A program made the position numbers and the translations under genes. A model generated the notes under the pieces. That model did not search any database. It was not told where the DNA came from and was given only the letters and a program-made list of their open reading frames with translations. DNA of 49,305 nucleotides from Chthoniobacterales bacterium (lineage in GTDB: Bacteria > Verrucomicrobiota > Verrucomicrobiia > Chthoniobacterales > JAFAMB01): positions 1 to 49,305 of the forward strand of contig DATHPI010000119.1 in assembly GCA_035484035.1 (NCBI GenBank), in the 5' to 3' direction. Positions 38,876 to 47,913 of the stretch are shown piece by piece; the first letter of the stretch is position 1; each line of letters opens with the position of its first letter.

Positions 38876-39664
38876 ATGATTCCAAAGATATATTCTCGAT
38901 TCGCATCTCTTGTCGTCGCATTTTGTCTAAGCTCCTGGATGCTCGCTCCAAATATCGTCGCCGACGACGTTACCAATGCCGTCGATGCCTTCGATCGGGA
39001 TCTCGGCCTGGAACGCATCGGGCCCGACATCGTTAACACTCAACCGCAAAGCTCTGCCGTCGATGTTCCAGATTCCGCGGCAAGCCAGAAAAAGAATGAG
39101 AACCACAGGAAATCGCCCACTTCTCACGCCGCCCTCCCCGCGGACAGCCTGACGTTCCATTCCAACCAGCGTGTGACCGACAGTCTGCGCGGCTTCATGA
39201 TCGCCAAGGTGACGCAAAACGATATGGCGGCCATCCCGGCCACCGAGAAGAGGTTTGCCAATGATGCCCTCCTGCATCGATTCGATCGCATGTTCGCGCC
39301 ATACGGCTTTTCGAGCCAGAACCTGGGCGACACAATGACCGGTTATTTGATTGCCTCCTGGGAGATCATCAACAACGCCGATGCCTCCGGCAATGCGAAG
39401 GGGATTCGGCGTGTGCGGGAGGCAGTGCGCGACAAATTAAAAGAAAAAGGTAAGGTCGCCGCCTTATCCGAGGTCGAGAAACAGCGGTACTCTGAGATCG
39501 TAAAATATATTACAATCCTTTCGGTCGACCAAATGGCAGAGTTGAAGCTGAAACACAACACCGGCGGGCAACGCCAACTGCAGGAGCTGCTCGCAAAGCC
39601 AGCCTTAAAAGTCGGCCTCGATCTTCGCAGGCTGCGCCTGACCGATCAAGGTTTTGTCAAGTAG
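38876..39664 (+). CDS. Hypothetical secreted protein
   Basis: 262 aa with an ATG start and an N-terminal hydrophobic leader (FASLVVAFCLSSWMLAPNIVA). The helical C-half is non-repetitive with normal composition. No family was recognised with confidence. Confidence 0.6.
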   Translation: MIPKIYSRFASLVVAFCLSSWMLAPNIVADDVTNAVDAFDRDLGLERIGPDIVNTQPQSSAVDVPDSAASQKKNENHRKSPTSHAALPADSLTFHSNQRVTDSLRGFMIAKVTQNDMAAIPATEKRFANDALLHRFDRMFAPYGFSSQNLGDTMTGYLIASWEIINNADASGNAKGIRRVREAVRDKLKEKGKVAALSEVEKQRYSEIVKYITILSVDQMAELKLKHNTGGQRQLQELLAKPALKVGLDLRRLRLTDQGFVK

Positions 39665-39702
39665 GTGGAAGGGTGATCCTTGGTTATTGTCGCGATGGGA
39701 CC

Positions 39703-40713
39703 CTATCGAACCCCGAAACGATAGATCGTCGTCTGCGCATAAATCTCGCCAGCCCGAAGCACTGTAGAGGGGAAGCCCGCATGATTGGGCGAGTCAGGGA
39801 AATGTTGGGCTTCCAAACAAAGGCCAGATCGCGATGGATAAGGATTCCCCCCTTTCCCGCCAAACATGCCGTCCGGCAAATTACCGGAGAAAAACTGAAG
39901 CCCGGGCTCAGTGGTCAACAGTTCCATCAGGCGACCGGAGTTCGAGTCGTACAGAACCGCAGCCGGCGACGATAATTGGCCCGGATTGTTCAACACCCAG
40001 TTATGGTTGTATCCGTTTCCGTGAGCGAGTTGGAGATCCTCCCCGTCAATTCTAGCGCCGATCAGTGTCATTTTCTTGAAGTCGAACGCCGTCCCTTTCA
40101 CGGCTCTGATTTCACCGGTAGGGATCGAGAATTGATCGATGGGCAGGAAATAGTCGGCATCGATCTGCAATTCGTGCCCCAGGATATCGCTCTTGCCCGC
40201 GTCGCGAAGGTTGAAGTACGAATGATGCGTGAGATTAACGATCGTCGTTTTGTCCGCGACGGCGCTGTACTCGATTTTTAACTCGTTGGCATGCGTCAGG
40301 GTATAGGTCACCTGAACGGCCAACTCCCCAGGGTAGCCTTCTTCTCCGTCCCGGCTCAGATATTGAAGATCCAGTGCAGGGCCGTTCGCGCTTTCCCGTT
40401 CTGCGGCGGTCCAGAGAACCTTATCAAAGCCCTTCTGACCGCCATGTATATGGTTTCCCTCGCTGTTTCGGGTGAGTTGATAGGCTCTCCCCTCGAGATG
40501 AAAGAGCCCGGCGGCGATCCGATTTGCGTATCGGCCGATGGTCGCCCCAAAGCACGGGTGCGCTCCCAGGTACTCCACAAGCTGGTCAAACCCGAGGACA
40601 ATGTCACTGAATTTTCCATTGCGATCCGTCACCATCAGCGACACCAGGATACCGCCGTAGTTGGTGATCCTTGCTTCCAAACCCTGAGCATTTCTCAGGG
40701 TGTAGAGTCTCAT
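39703..40713 (-). CDS. galM: Aldose 1-epimerase (galactose mutarotase)
   Basis: Family blocks are NYGGILVSLMV, GATIGRYANRIA, NHIHGGQKGFDKVLW, NLTHHSYFNL and GLCLEAQHFPDSPN. The ORF opens at 40752, but the ATG at 40713 (MRLYTL) has a GGAAGG Shine-Dalgarno about 8 nt upstream. Confidence 0.92.
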   Translation of the reverse strand: MRLYTLRNAQGLEARITNYGGILVSLMVTDRNGKFSDIVLGFDQLVEYLGAHPCFGATIGRYANRIAAGLFHLEGRAYQLTRNSEGNHIHGGQKGFDKVLWTAAERESANGPALDLQYLSRDGEEGYPGELAVQVTYTLTHANELKIEYSAVADKTTIVNLTHHSYFNLRDAGKSDILGHELQIDADYFLPIDQFSIPTGEIRAVKGTAFDFKKMTLIGARIDGEDLQLAHGNGYNHNWVLNNPGQLSSPAAVLYDSNSGRLMELLTTEPGLQFFSGNLPDGMFGGKGGNPYPSRSGLCLEAQHFPDSPNHAGFPSTVLRAGEIYAQTTIYRFGVR

Positions 40714-40883
40714 TTCGGCGCCTTCCGTCGTTGTTCCGACTGATTCTTTCATGCTCTTGAGTGTAACGCCATACCTCTTCCGTGATTGACTTGCGGAGAA
40801 AACTTTCTGAGAAATGGTTTCCTTCCACAGGAACGACTTTCGGGTGGATAGATCAATTACAAGCGCTGATCATTACCGAGAAA

Positions 40884-42182
40884 ATGACTATGAGTGAACA
40901 AGCTGAACTCCATTGGGACGGAAAAAAAGCAGTGTTACCCCTCATTACCGGCACCGCCGGCGAACGTGCGGTCGACATCAGCAAACTGCGCGATCAGACC
41001 GGTCTGATCACCCTCGACAGTGGCTACGGGAACACCGGTTCCTGCAAGAGCGCCATTACATTCATCGATGGGGAAAAGGGCATTCTGCGATATCGCGGCA
41101 TTCCGATCGAGGAACTGGCAGAACAATCAAGCTTCCTTGAGACAGCTTACCTGATCATCTACGAAAGGCTCCCAAGCCGAAGTGAGCTGAGACAATTTTC
41201 AGATCTGCTGGCAGAGCACGAGTTGATGCATGAAGACATGAAGTTTCACTTCGAAGGCTTCCCGCCCAACGCGCACCCGATGGCGATTCTTTCGTCCATG
41301 ATTAATGCCGCTGGATGCTACTATCCGAACTTGCTCGCACCGCAGGAGGCGCAAAACTTCGACCACGCCACGGCCTTTATCATTTCCCAGGTCCGCGCCA
41401 TCGCGGCGTTCGCCTATCGGAAGTCGCGCGGTCTACCGTTTATTTATCCAAAGCCGGAATATAAGTACACCCCCAACTTCCTCCACATGATGTTCTCGGT
41501 GCCCTACGCCGACTACGACCTGAAACCGGAGGTGGTGCGCGCCCTCGATTTGATTTTCTTGCTTCATGCCGACCACGAACAAAATTGTTCGACTTCCACC
41601 GTTCGGATGGTTGCCTCAAGCAAGGCCAACCTTTTTGCGAGTGTGGCTTCCGGCGTTTGCGCGCTCTGGGGACCGTTACATGGTGGTGCTAATCAGGCAG
41701 TGCTCGAAATGCTCGATCAAATCCATCGCGATGGCGACGACGGTTCGCGCTTCATCGTAGCGGCGAAAGACAAAAAAAGCGGGCGACGGTTGATGGGGTT
41801 CGGCCATCGCGTTTACAAGAACCATGATCCTCGTGCCAAGATCGTCAAAAAGCAATGTGACGATCTCCTTGCCGAACTGAAGGTCAGCGACCCCCTCCTG
41901 GATATCGCGATGCGACTCGAACAGGCTGCCTTGAACGATTCCTATTTCGTTGAGCGAAAGCTTTATCCAAACGTGGATTTTTATAGCGGCATCATGATGC
42001 GCGCCATCGGAATCCCGGTGGAGATGTTTACCGTGATCTTCGCCATCGGCCGTATTCCGGGCTGGATCGCCAATTATCGCGAAGTGAGCGCAACAGAAGG
42101 GGGGCGAATTTGCCGTCCTCGACAGATTTACGTCGGCGAGCCGCTCGCATCGTATGTGCCGATCGAAAAAAGGGCGACCTGA
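40884..42182 (+). CDS. gltA: Citrate synthase (type II)
   Basis: Signature [14 protein letters not shown] plus [16 protein letters not shown] and the PNVDFYSG block. The ATG at 40884 ([14 protein letters not shown]...) gives a typical ~432-aa length. The TTG-opened upstream extension is unlikely. Confidence 0.96.
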   Translation: MTMSEQAELHWDGKKAVLPLITGTAGERAVDISKLRDQTGLITLDSGYGNTGSCKSAITFIDGEKGILRYRGIPIEELAEQSSFLETAYLIIYERLPSRSELRQFSDLLAEHELMHEDMKFHFEGFPPNAHPMAILSSMINAAGCYYPNLLAPQEAQNFDHATAFIISQVRAIAAFAYRKSRGLPFIYPKPEYKYTPNFLHMMFSVPYADYDLKPEVVRALDLIFLLHADHEQNCSTSTVRMVASSKANLFASVASGVCALWGPLHGGANQAVLEMLDQIHRDGDDGSRFIVAAKDKKSGRRLMGFGHRVYKNHDPRAKIVKKQCDDLLAELKVSDPLLDIAMRLEQAALNDSYFVERKLYPNVDFYSGIMMRAIGIPVEMFTVIFAIGRIPGWIANYREVSATEGGRICRPRQIYVGEPLASYVPIEKRAT

Positions 42183-42239
42183 TGGTTGCCGGCTCTCGCG
42201 GTCGAACCGGGAGATTTAGCCTTCTGCGAAGCTGAAGGC

Positions 42240-42647
42240 TCAGTTCCCCGGCTGCGGCAGGGAGAGATCAGTGTCTTCAAAGACGTTCAGAGCATGACTT
42301 TTGGTTGCGAGGTTGTAGAAGCGCTCGTCTTCCAACGCGAATTTGAGGAAAATGTCTCCCGCCCCGAGCCAAAGGAGCAAAGCAATGAGGAAAACAGCCG
42401 GTGCGAAAACGCCCGTAGCCAGGAACATCGGCATGAGATTGAAGCCGCAAATGCCCGCAGCAACTGCGGCAAGCAGAGCGCCGGCCCACTTGAGCAAGAA
42501 CAATTGAAGCCTGGCATCCCGAAGTTTGTGAGCGAGCAGGATACCCAATGCTTTCCGGGTACTGACTAGATAACCGAGAGGCCCGGTTTCGTAAGCGAAT
42601 ATAAACATTTTGTGCGGCATAAAATGGTAGGTGGGTGATGAACTCAA
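42240..42647 (-). CDS. Hypothetical membrane protein
   Basis: 135 aa with two or three hydrophobic helices (WAGALLAAVAAGICGFNLMPMFLATGVFAPAVFLIALLLWLGAG). No family was recognised. Confidence 0.5.
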   Translation of the reverse strand: MSSSPTYHFMPHKMFIFAYETGPLGYLVSTRKALGILLAHKLRDARLQLFLLKWAGALLAAVAAGICGFNLMPMFLATGVFAPAVFLIALLLWLGAGDIFLKFALEDERFYNLATKSHALNVFEDTDLSLPQPGN

Positions 42648-43287
42648 AAAAGGATCATGTTCTCGCTTGACGGGCTTTGCTCAGTGATAATAGTACAGTA
42701 TATTAATAATTACTAGAACTATTAACCCAGGTTCGGGTTTTCTTTAGATCAGCTCGGGTGGGCCAGAGGCCATTGGTGCGAGCTCTTTCAGTCCCGGCCC
42801 GCCAGTGCAAAGTGACAAGACTGAAAGTCCGTACGAGACCAGTCGTAGAGATCTTGAGTGACCTTGCAGGCGCTCCGCGTTGAATTTCGGTTACCGACGG
42901 CATCTCTTGCCAGCAAGCAAGTATCGGGCCACAGATTCCTGATTATTTGCGCGAGGCATCCTCTCCTGTCGCGCGTCCTCTGCGACATAGAAGCGGAATG
43001 AGCCCCACAATTATTCCGTCGACCGGCCACTATGGCCAAAAGAAACCACGCATCAATCCGGACAAGCCCGCTGGCGCGGTATTCCCGAATTGTTTCGAAA
43101 TGCGGCTACCCTGCGGACTGTCACGAGCACCTTGATACCGTGTAGCGCTCGGCGTTCTATTTGACACGCCTTTGGCATGCCAGGTGCTTCAACAAGATGT
43201 TGGTCATCTGAATCTAACTGAACCGCTCGTATCTGGAGATCGACGGTCATCAGTTCTCCAGAAAAAAAAGAGGAATTTATACCTGCC

Positions 43288-44427
43288 ATGTCCACTGATA
43301 CATTACTCGAAGCCCCCGCCGATTCTGAATCTAAGGCCGAGGAGAGCCATGACAACTTCGCTGCCCCGCCTCCGGAAGTCTCCACATCTGAGGAGGCGAT
43401 CATTTCCGATGAACCGAAACGGCTAACGCCTCATGAGGTGACCAAGGCCGAAAAGAAGGCCGAGAAAAAGCGGTTGAAAAAGGAGATGAAGGAACACAAG
43501 GACGCGGGTAAGGCGTTGGCCGGCGCCTTTCCAATGGTCGAGTTGATCGACGAACAAGTGCGCACCAGCATCCCGGCGGACCTTGTGGCGAAAGTGAAAG
43601 GCGCCAAGAGCAAAAAGGATATAATCAGCAGCACCTATCCTTACCCTAAGGTGATGAAGGCAAAGGACTATCTTGAGGAGATCGAGTTGCTCCAGATCGA
43701 ACTGGTCAAGATGCAAGCCTGGGTCAAGGAAGTCGGAGAACGTATCGTCATGCTCTTCGAGGGCCGCGACGCCGCCGGCAAGGGTGGCACCATTCAACGT
43801 TTCACTGAAAATCTCAATCCGCGCGGGGCAAGGGTCGTCGCGCTGGCCAAGCCTTCCGACACCGAGCGCGGACAATGGTATTTCCAGCGCTACATCGAGA
43901 ACCTTCCCACCAAGGGTGAGATCGTTCTCTTCGACCGCTCCTGGTATAACCGTAGCGGGGTTGAACACGTCATGGGCTTCTGCTCGCCCCGAGAATACCT
44001 CGAGTTTATGCGCCAAGCTCCCGAGTTCGAGCGCATGATGGTCCGCAGCGGCATCCGCCTCTTCAAGTTCTGGTTCTCCGTCAGCCGCGAAGAGCAGTTG
44101 CGCCGGTTCCTTGGTCGCGCGCAGGACCCGCTCAAGCAATGGAAGCTCAGCCCCATGGACGTCGAATCGCTTGGGCGCTGGGATTCCTACACCAAAGCCA
44201 AGGAAGCCATGTTCTTTTACACCGACACCGCCGACGCCCCCTGGACCGTGGTCCGCTCCGATGACAAGAATCGCGCCCGCCTTCACGCCATGAGGCACGT
44301 GCTCCATGCCATTCCCTATGCCGGAAAAGACAAGGACGTGGTCAAGCCGCCGGATCGCCTTGTTGTCGGCTCAGCGGAGGCGATCTACGAGCATGGCGAA
44401 GCCAAGCACACCGCCTCGCACCATTAA
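43288..44427 (+). CDS. ppk2: Polyphosphate kinase 2 (PPK2) with ~100-aa acidic/Lys-rich N-terminal extension
   Basis: Blocks FEGRDAAGKGGTIQRFTENLNPRG (Walker A), QWYFQRYIENLPTKGEIVLFDRSWYNR, and WKLSPMD...Y lid region are typical of PPK2. Confidence 0.93.
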   Translation: MSTDTLLEAPADSESKAEESHDNFAAPPPEVSTSEEAIISDEPKRLTPHEVTKAEKKAEKKRLKKEMKEHKDAGKALAGAFPMVELIDEQVRTSIPADLVAKVKGAKSKKDIISSTYPYPKVMKAKDYLEEIELLQIELVKMQAWVKEVGERIVMLFEGRDAAGKGGTIQRFTENLNPRGARVVALAKPSDTERGQWYFQRYIENLPTKGEIVLFDRSWYNRSGVEHVMGFCSPREYLEFMRQAPEFERMMVRSGIRLFKFWFSVSREEQLRRFLGRAQDPLKQWKLSPMDVESLGRWDSYTKAKEAMFFYTDTADAPWTVVRSDDKNRARLHAMRHVLHAIPYAGKDKDVVKPPDRLVVGSAEAIYEHGEAKHTASHH

Positions 44428-44444
44428 ACTGGGCTGCGGAATAT

Positions 44445-44915
44445 TTATTCGACGGGCTGGTCGGAGATTTCTGCCTCGACAAGTTTCGCCAACAGCGTCA
44501 GCGATTCTTGCCAGCCGAGGTAGCAAGCCTCGGTTGGTATGGCCGCGGGCACTCCTTCTTGAGTGATGTTCAATTCGGTTCCGCAGAATACCTGCTTCAA
44601 CGCAATCGTCGTTTGCATTTCTCCGGGCAAGTTCGGATCGTTGAATTTCTCCGTGTAGCGGATGCGCCCGTGGGGCGTCAGTTCTTGATAGGTTCCGCCG
44701 AAAGAGTGGCTCTTGCCGGTGGTGAAATTAGTGAACGACATCTTGTAGGCGCCGCCGACTTTCGCGTCCAGGTGATGAACCTTGCCCGTGAATCCATTTG
44801 GCGGAAGCCACTTGGTCAGCGCATCCGCATCGAGGAACGCCCGATAAATTCTCTCCGGCGTCACCCGGAGCACACGGTGGAGTCGGATGGTGTTTACTTC
44901 GTTTGTCTGCATCAT
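44445..44915 (-). CDS. SRPBCC superfamily protein (Aha1/AHSA1-like domain)
   Basis: IRLHRVLRVTPERIYRAFLDADALTKWLPPNGFTGKVHHLDAKVGGAYKMSF...GTYQELTPHGRIRYTEKF is the PF08327-type pattern. Start candidates are 44915, 44912 and 44939. The 45074 start adds an implausible leader. Confidence 0.82.
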   Translation of the reverse strand: MMQTNEVNTIRLHRVLRVTPERIYRAFLDADALTKWLPPNGFTGKVHHLDAKVGGAYKMSFTNFTTGKSHSFGGTYQELTPHGRIRYTEKFNDPNLPGEMQTTIALKQVFCGTELNITQEGVPAAIPTEACYLGWQESLTLLAKLVEAEISDQPVE

Positions 44916-45265
44916 TTTTCTTGAGTCTTGATTTTTCATTACCACGACGAACGGAGCGGGCGTTCCAGGACATCTCCCACACAGGGATGGCCTAGCTGAG
45001 TGCAGGAAGAAGAAAGAGTCGAGGGATGCAAGGGCGTTGATTCCACGGGTCAACACCCGGTGCGTTGCCTGCATAACTACCTTTTCTTTTCATCGACCCT
45101 CAGAGACTTGTAGCTGCAGGGTGACAGGCTGACCCGATAGAACTCGCAGGGGACTCGTCAGGCCCGGTGAAGTGGATGCCTGATCCCGCCAACCAGACAA
45201 CGGTCCACGACGAAGCGCAATTGGCCTCTAAATTGCGATCAGACCGTGCTCAGACGTTCTATTTA

Positions 45266-45658
45266 TCAATAGCCCGGTACTGGAACTGGAAGAAATGGAA
45301 ATGGAAGTGGGGCAGCCGGAACCGGGATAAAGTCGACAAAAAACGGACTGTCATCGGGGTAGTAACCTGACCTGTAATAGTGGCCGTGATAATAACCGCC
45401 TGCGTAATAACGGCCGCCATGAAAATAAGCACTGTGGTATCCACCCTCATGAACGCCGTGAGACGCACCTTGGTAGGAGCCGTGGTACCCGTTGTGATAG
45501 GCGCCGTGATATCCATTCTGGTAGCTCCCGTGGTACGCATTATGATAAGCCCCGGAATTACTTCCAGCAGAGCGAGTGACATGAGTGTTATTGTTATTGT
45601 TTCCAGCTTGGGCAGAAGCAACTAACGTTACCGTCAAAAGTAAAAGACTTAATTTCAT
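45266..45658 (-). CDS. Secreted Gly/Tyr/His tetrapeptide-repeat protein (hypothetical)
   Basis: 130 aa. The signal peptide MKLSLLLLTVTLVASAQA is followed by an Asn run, then ~15 consecutive [GAS]-Y-[HQ]-[GN]-type tetrads (AYHN AYHG SYQN GYHG AYHN GYHG SYQG ...), then a Pro/Phe/Val tail. Both the antisense ORF (45259..45621) and the second same-strand ORF are repeat artefacts. Confidence 0.6.
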   Translation of the reverse strand: MKLSLLLLTVTLVASAQAGNNNNNTHVTRSAGSNSGAYHNAYHGSYQNGYHGAYHNGYHGSYQGASHGVHEGGYHSAYFHGGRYYAGGYYHGHYYRSGYYPDDSPFFVDFIPVPAAPLPFPFLPVPVPGY

Positions 45659-46006
45659 GGCATTGATCTCAAGGCTCTATCATCCATGATCATTCGGTCC
45701 AGAAGCGCGGCCCACGCCAGCGCGTCGCCGCCTCAAAGGCATGCTTCTAAAAACAGTACCTATTCGCCGGCAAAACGGCAAGCGCAACTTGGCAGAGAAG
45801 TCGAAAAAATCTAGCAATGCCTAATTTTTCGAGGGTTCCTGGCCTGGCAGATCCCGAAATCGAATTTCCTGTATACCTGGCTAGCAAGCCTTTCGTCGTT
45901 CATATTCGATAGTCGACCAACCGTCTCGTCCAAACCAATCGAAATCTCTTTGGAATAAAGGATTTTAATGGATAAAACTCCCTGATTTGGATCTAATAGC
46001 GCGGAG

Positions 46007-46510
46007 ATGAGATTCTTGTGCCTTTTGGCTGTCGTGCTAGTAAGCGGATGCGCTGGCTTAGAACTCAATAGTACTGACCCAAACGCAGTCGCCTCCGGCG
46101 TAACGCGAACGAGTGATCCCTACACTCAAGTCACAAAGATAAGCGCGAGACCTATCCCGATGGTTCTTGATTTCCCGAACACGGCAACCGCATACCTAGT
46201 GGCCTTTGAGGGCAGAAGAAGAGAGGTTGATCTGGTGGTTCAATGTGTTTTTTCTAACGGGACAGGTGGCGGGCGATCCCTTCATCAAACCTTTGATAGC
46301 CAAGGAGCGGAACTGGAAACTAAGGTCGTCTCTCAGGACCAAAACGATTATGCAGTGACCGAGTCAATCGCCATTACTCTGTCAAGAGGTTACCTTGTTT
46401 CTCACGCCCAAAGCGGCCTCGATATGAAGCTTATTGGCGATACCGGCGCTGTGATAATCAAGGTCCCGGCCGCCTACGTGCAGGGTTTTCTAATCGCGTT
46501 AAAATCCTAA
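46007..46510 (+). CDS. Hypothetical lipoprotein
   Basis: 167 aa with lipobox LVSGC after a hydrophobic leader (MRFLCLLAVVLVSGCAG). No family was recognised. Confidence 0.65.
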   Translation: MRFLCLLAVVLVSGCAGLELNSTDPNAVASGVTRTSDPYTQVTKISARPIPMVLDFPNTATAYLVAFEGRRREVDLVVQCVFSNGTGGGRSLHQTFDSQGAELETKVVSQDQNDYAVTESIAITLSRGYLVSHAQSGLDMKLIGDTGAVIIKVPAAYVQGFLIALKS

Positions 46511-46659
46511 CAGCGAATTTCGGCTGGGTCGCCGCCCAGGTAGGAACAGACCTTGAGGAGAGAGCTACTTTAGGGTCAGCCGTGACCGGCTAACCCCTTG
46601 GAGCAGTGTTCAATACGTTGTGTTATTAACGTTATTATTCGAGAAGCGACAAGCGGGGA

Positions 46660-47484
46660 TTATGGATTGCTCGCTTCATGCGATTTTAGATCGCGAAGTT
46701 GAATCTCGCCACGGACTTCCAGGACGAATGGTGCGTTCCGGGGTACGATGAAACAGCGACCGTCTCGCCTTCGAAGTACTTCATCTTCGATCAGCGCTTC
46801 CTGACCTAAAACCCCAGGCAAACCTGCCGGCCTATCCAGGAGCTGAGCCTGGACTTGCAGCTCCGTATCGTCGAAGAATATCGACCATAGTCCATCCGAT
46901 TTGAATCGCCCGTTTTCCAGATCGAGTCGCCCCGAACCAACGACTCTGCTTCCTGCCATAATCAGAATTTTCCCCGCGGACGATACGATTTCTTGGCTAA
47001 CTACGCCGTGGATGGTAACGGTCCTCCCGTCCGCGTTGCTGAATGGCACGCTGGTCCTGCATTGAATGGCTAACGTCTTTGCCATGGTGTTCTGCACTGG
47101 ATCGACACGGATCGACAGCATGGTGATCGAAGGACCACCAGCGATTTTCGCCTTCGGCGAAAACGCCACATTGGTTACGGCTTCCGTAACAGGCTTCTGG
47201 GCGGAGGAATCCGCTTTTTGAAAAACGGAGAAATCAGGATACCAAAAGTGTGATGGACCACCTCCCGCGGCCATCACAAGGTTGCCAGGATACTGCCGAG
47301 GGGTGAAAGAGTCATCATGAGTTTTGGCAGGTGCCGAAACCGAGGACCTTAAAACCATCTTGGTCTGGTGATAGCGAGGACCTTGTTTGAGAAACTCTTG
47401 ATGAGTGCCCCAGATCATTGCGGCAGAGGCAGCCGTCCAGTAAAGCAAAGGCAGCCAAGGGGAAGCCAGGAGTGCCCGGATCAT
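46660..47484 (-). CDS. Membrane-anchored periplasmic protein with VirB10/TrbI-like C-terminal domain (tentative)
   Basis: The ATG at 47484 forms an ATGA overlap with the stop of the upstream Roadblock gene. There is one N-terminal TM helix (LLASPWLPLLYWTAASAAMIWG). The C-terminal segment IQCRTSVPFSNADGRTVTIHGVVSQEIVSSAGKILIMAGSRVVGSGRL...GLW...AGLPGVLGQ parallels, from memory, the VirB10/TrbI core (...IP.GS.LIG.Y...W...G..G). Confidence 0.6.
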   Translation of the reverse strand: MIRALLASPWLPLLYWTAASAAMIWGTHQEFLKQGPRYHQTKMVLRSSVSAPAKTHDDSFTPRQYPGNLVMAAGGGPSHFWYPDFSVFQKADSSAQKPVTEAVTNVAFSPKAKIAGGPSITMLSIRVDPVQNTMAKTLAIQCRTSVPFSNADGRTVTIHGVVSQEIVSSAGKILIMAGSRVVGSGRLDLENGRFKSDGLWSIFFDDTELQVQAQLLDRPAGLPGVLGQEALIEDEVLRRRDGRCFIVPRNAPFVLEVRGEIQLRDLKSHEASNP

Positions 47485-47903
47485 CGTTCCTCCGAGGTTG
47501 GTTGGAGCAAGCAATTGATCATCCGAGGAACGAGGATCCGCGCTTGGTATTCCAAGAGCCCCGTGCCGAAGGACGTTCTGCAAAGCATGACCATAGCGGC
47601 TTTGGGAGTGATGCCCATCACCAGGAGTTGATAGTCAGTTCCAATGGTGAGGCGACTCGAAACCTCCCCGTGCGCGCCGAGTTCGCGGACTAGGATTCGA
47701 GCGGTGGCAAAAATCATGGATGAGAAGACACCCAAAGTATCGATGTCGAGATCTGCAACCGTTGAGACTTTCGCGAGGATTGCGCCGTCGTCCTGCACTA
47801 TCAGAGCGCACACTGCATCGGTATTCCGCTGAAATTCATACAGACAACCCAGCAAAGATCGGGATTCCCACGCCAGCAATTCTCTTTTCTCGCACCCGGC
47901 CAC
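47481..47903 (-). CDS. Roadblock/LC7 domain protein (MglB-like)
   Basis: 140 aa with a GTG start 10 nt after the upstream stop. AVCALIVQDDGAILAKVSTVADLDIDTLGVFSSMIFATARILVRELG...LTIGTDYQLLVMGITPKAAMVMLC follows the Roadblock/MglB alpha-beta-alpha pattern. Confidence 0.7.
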   Translation of the reverse strand: MAGCEKRELLAWESRSLLGCLYEFQRNTDAVCALIVQDDGAILAKVSTVADLDIDTLGVFSSMIFATARILVRELGAHGEVSSRLTIGTDYQLLVMGITPKAAMVMLCRTSFGTGLLEYQARILVPRMINCLLQPTSEER

Positions 47904-47913
47904 AACTTTCTTC

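Noticed and set aside
42820-42850. gactgaaagtccgtacgag resembling the RNase P RNA GGAAAGTCCGGGC (P4) motif
   Set aside because: Only GAAAGTCCG matches. The flanking conserved residues and the distal ACAGAA...CGGCTTA partner are absent on either strand.
43423-44307. 294-aa minus-strand ORF
   Set aside because: It is fully antisense to PPK2, whose motifs are unambiguous. Long antisense ORFs of this kind are typical in GC-rich coding DNA. The same reasoning applies to 30623..31339 (antisense to lon), 33161..33724, 20625..21176 and 8538..9113.
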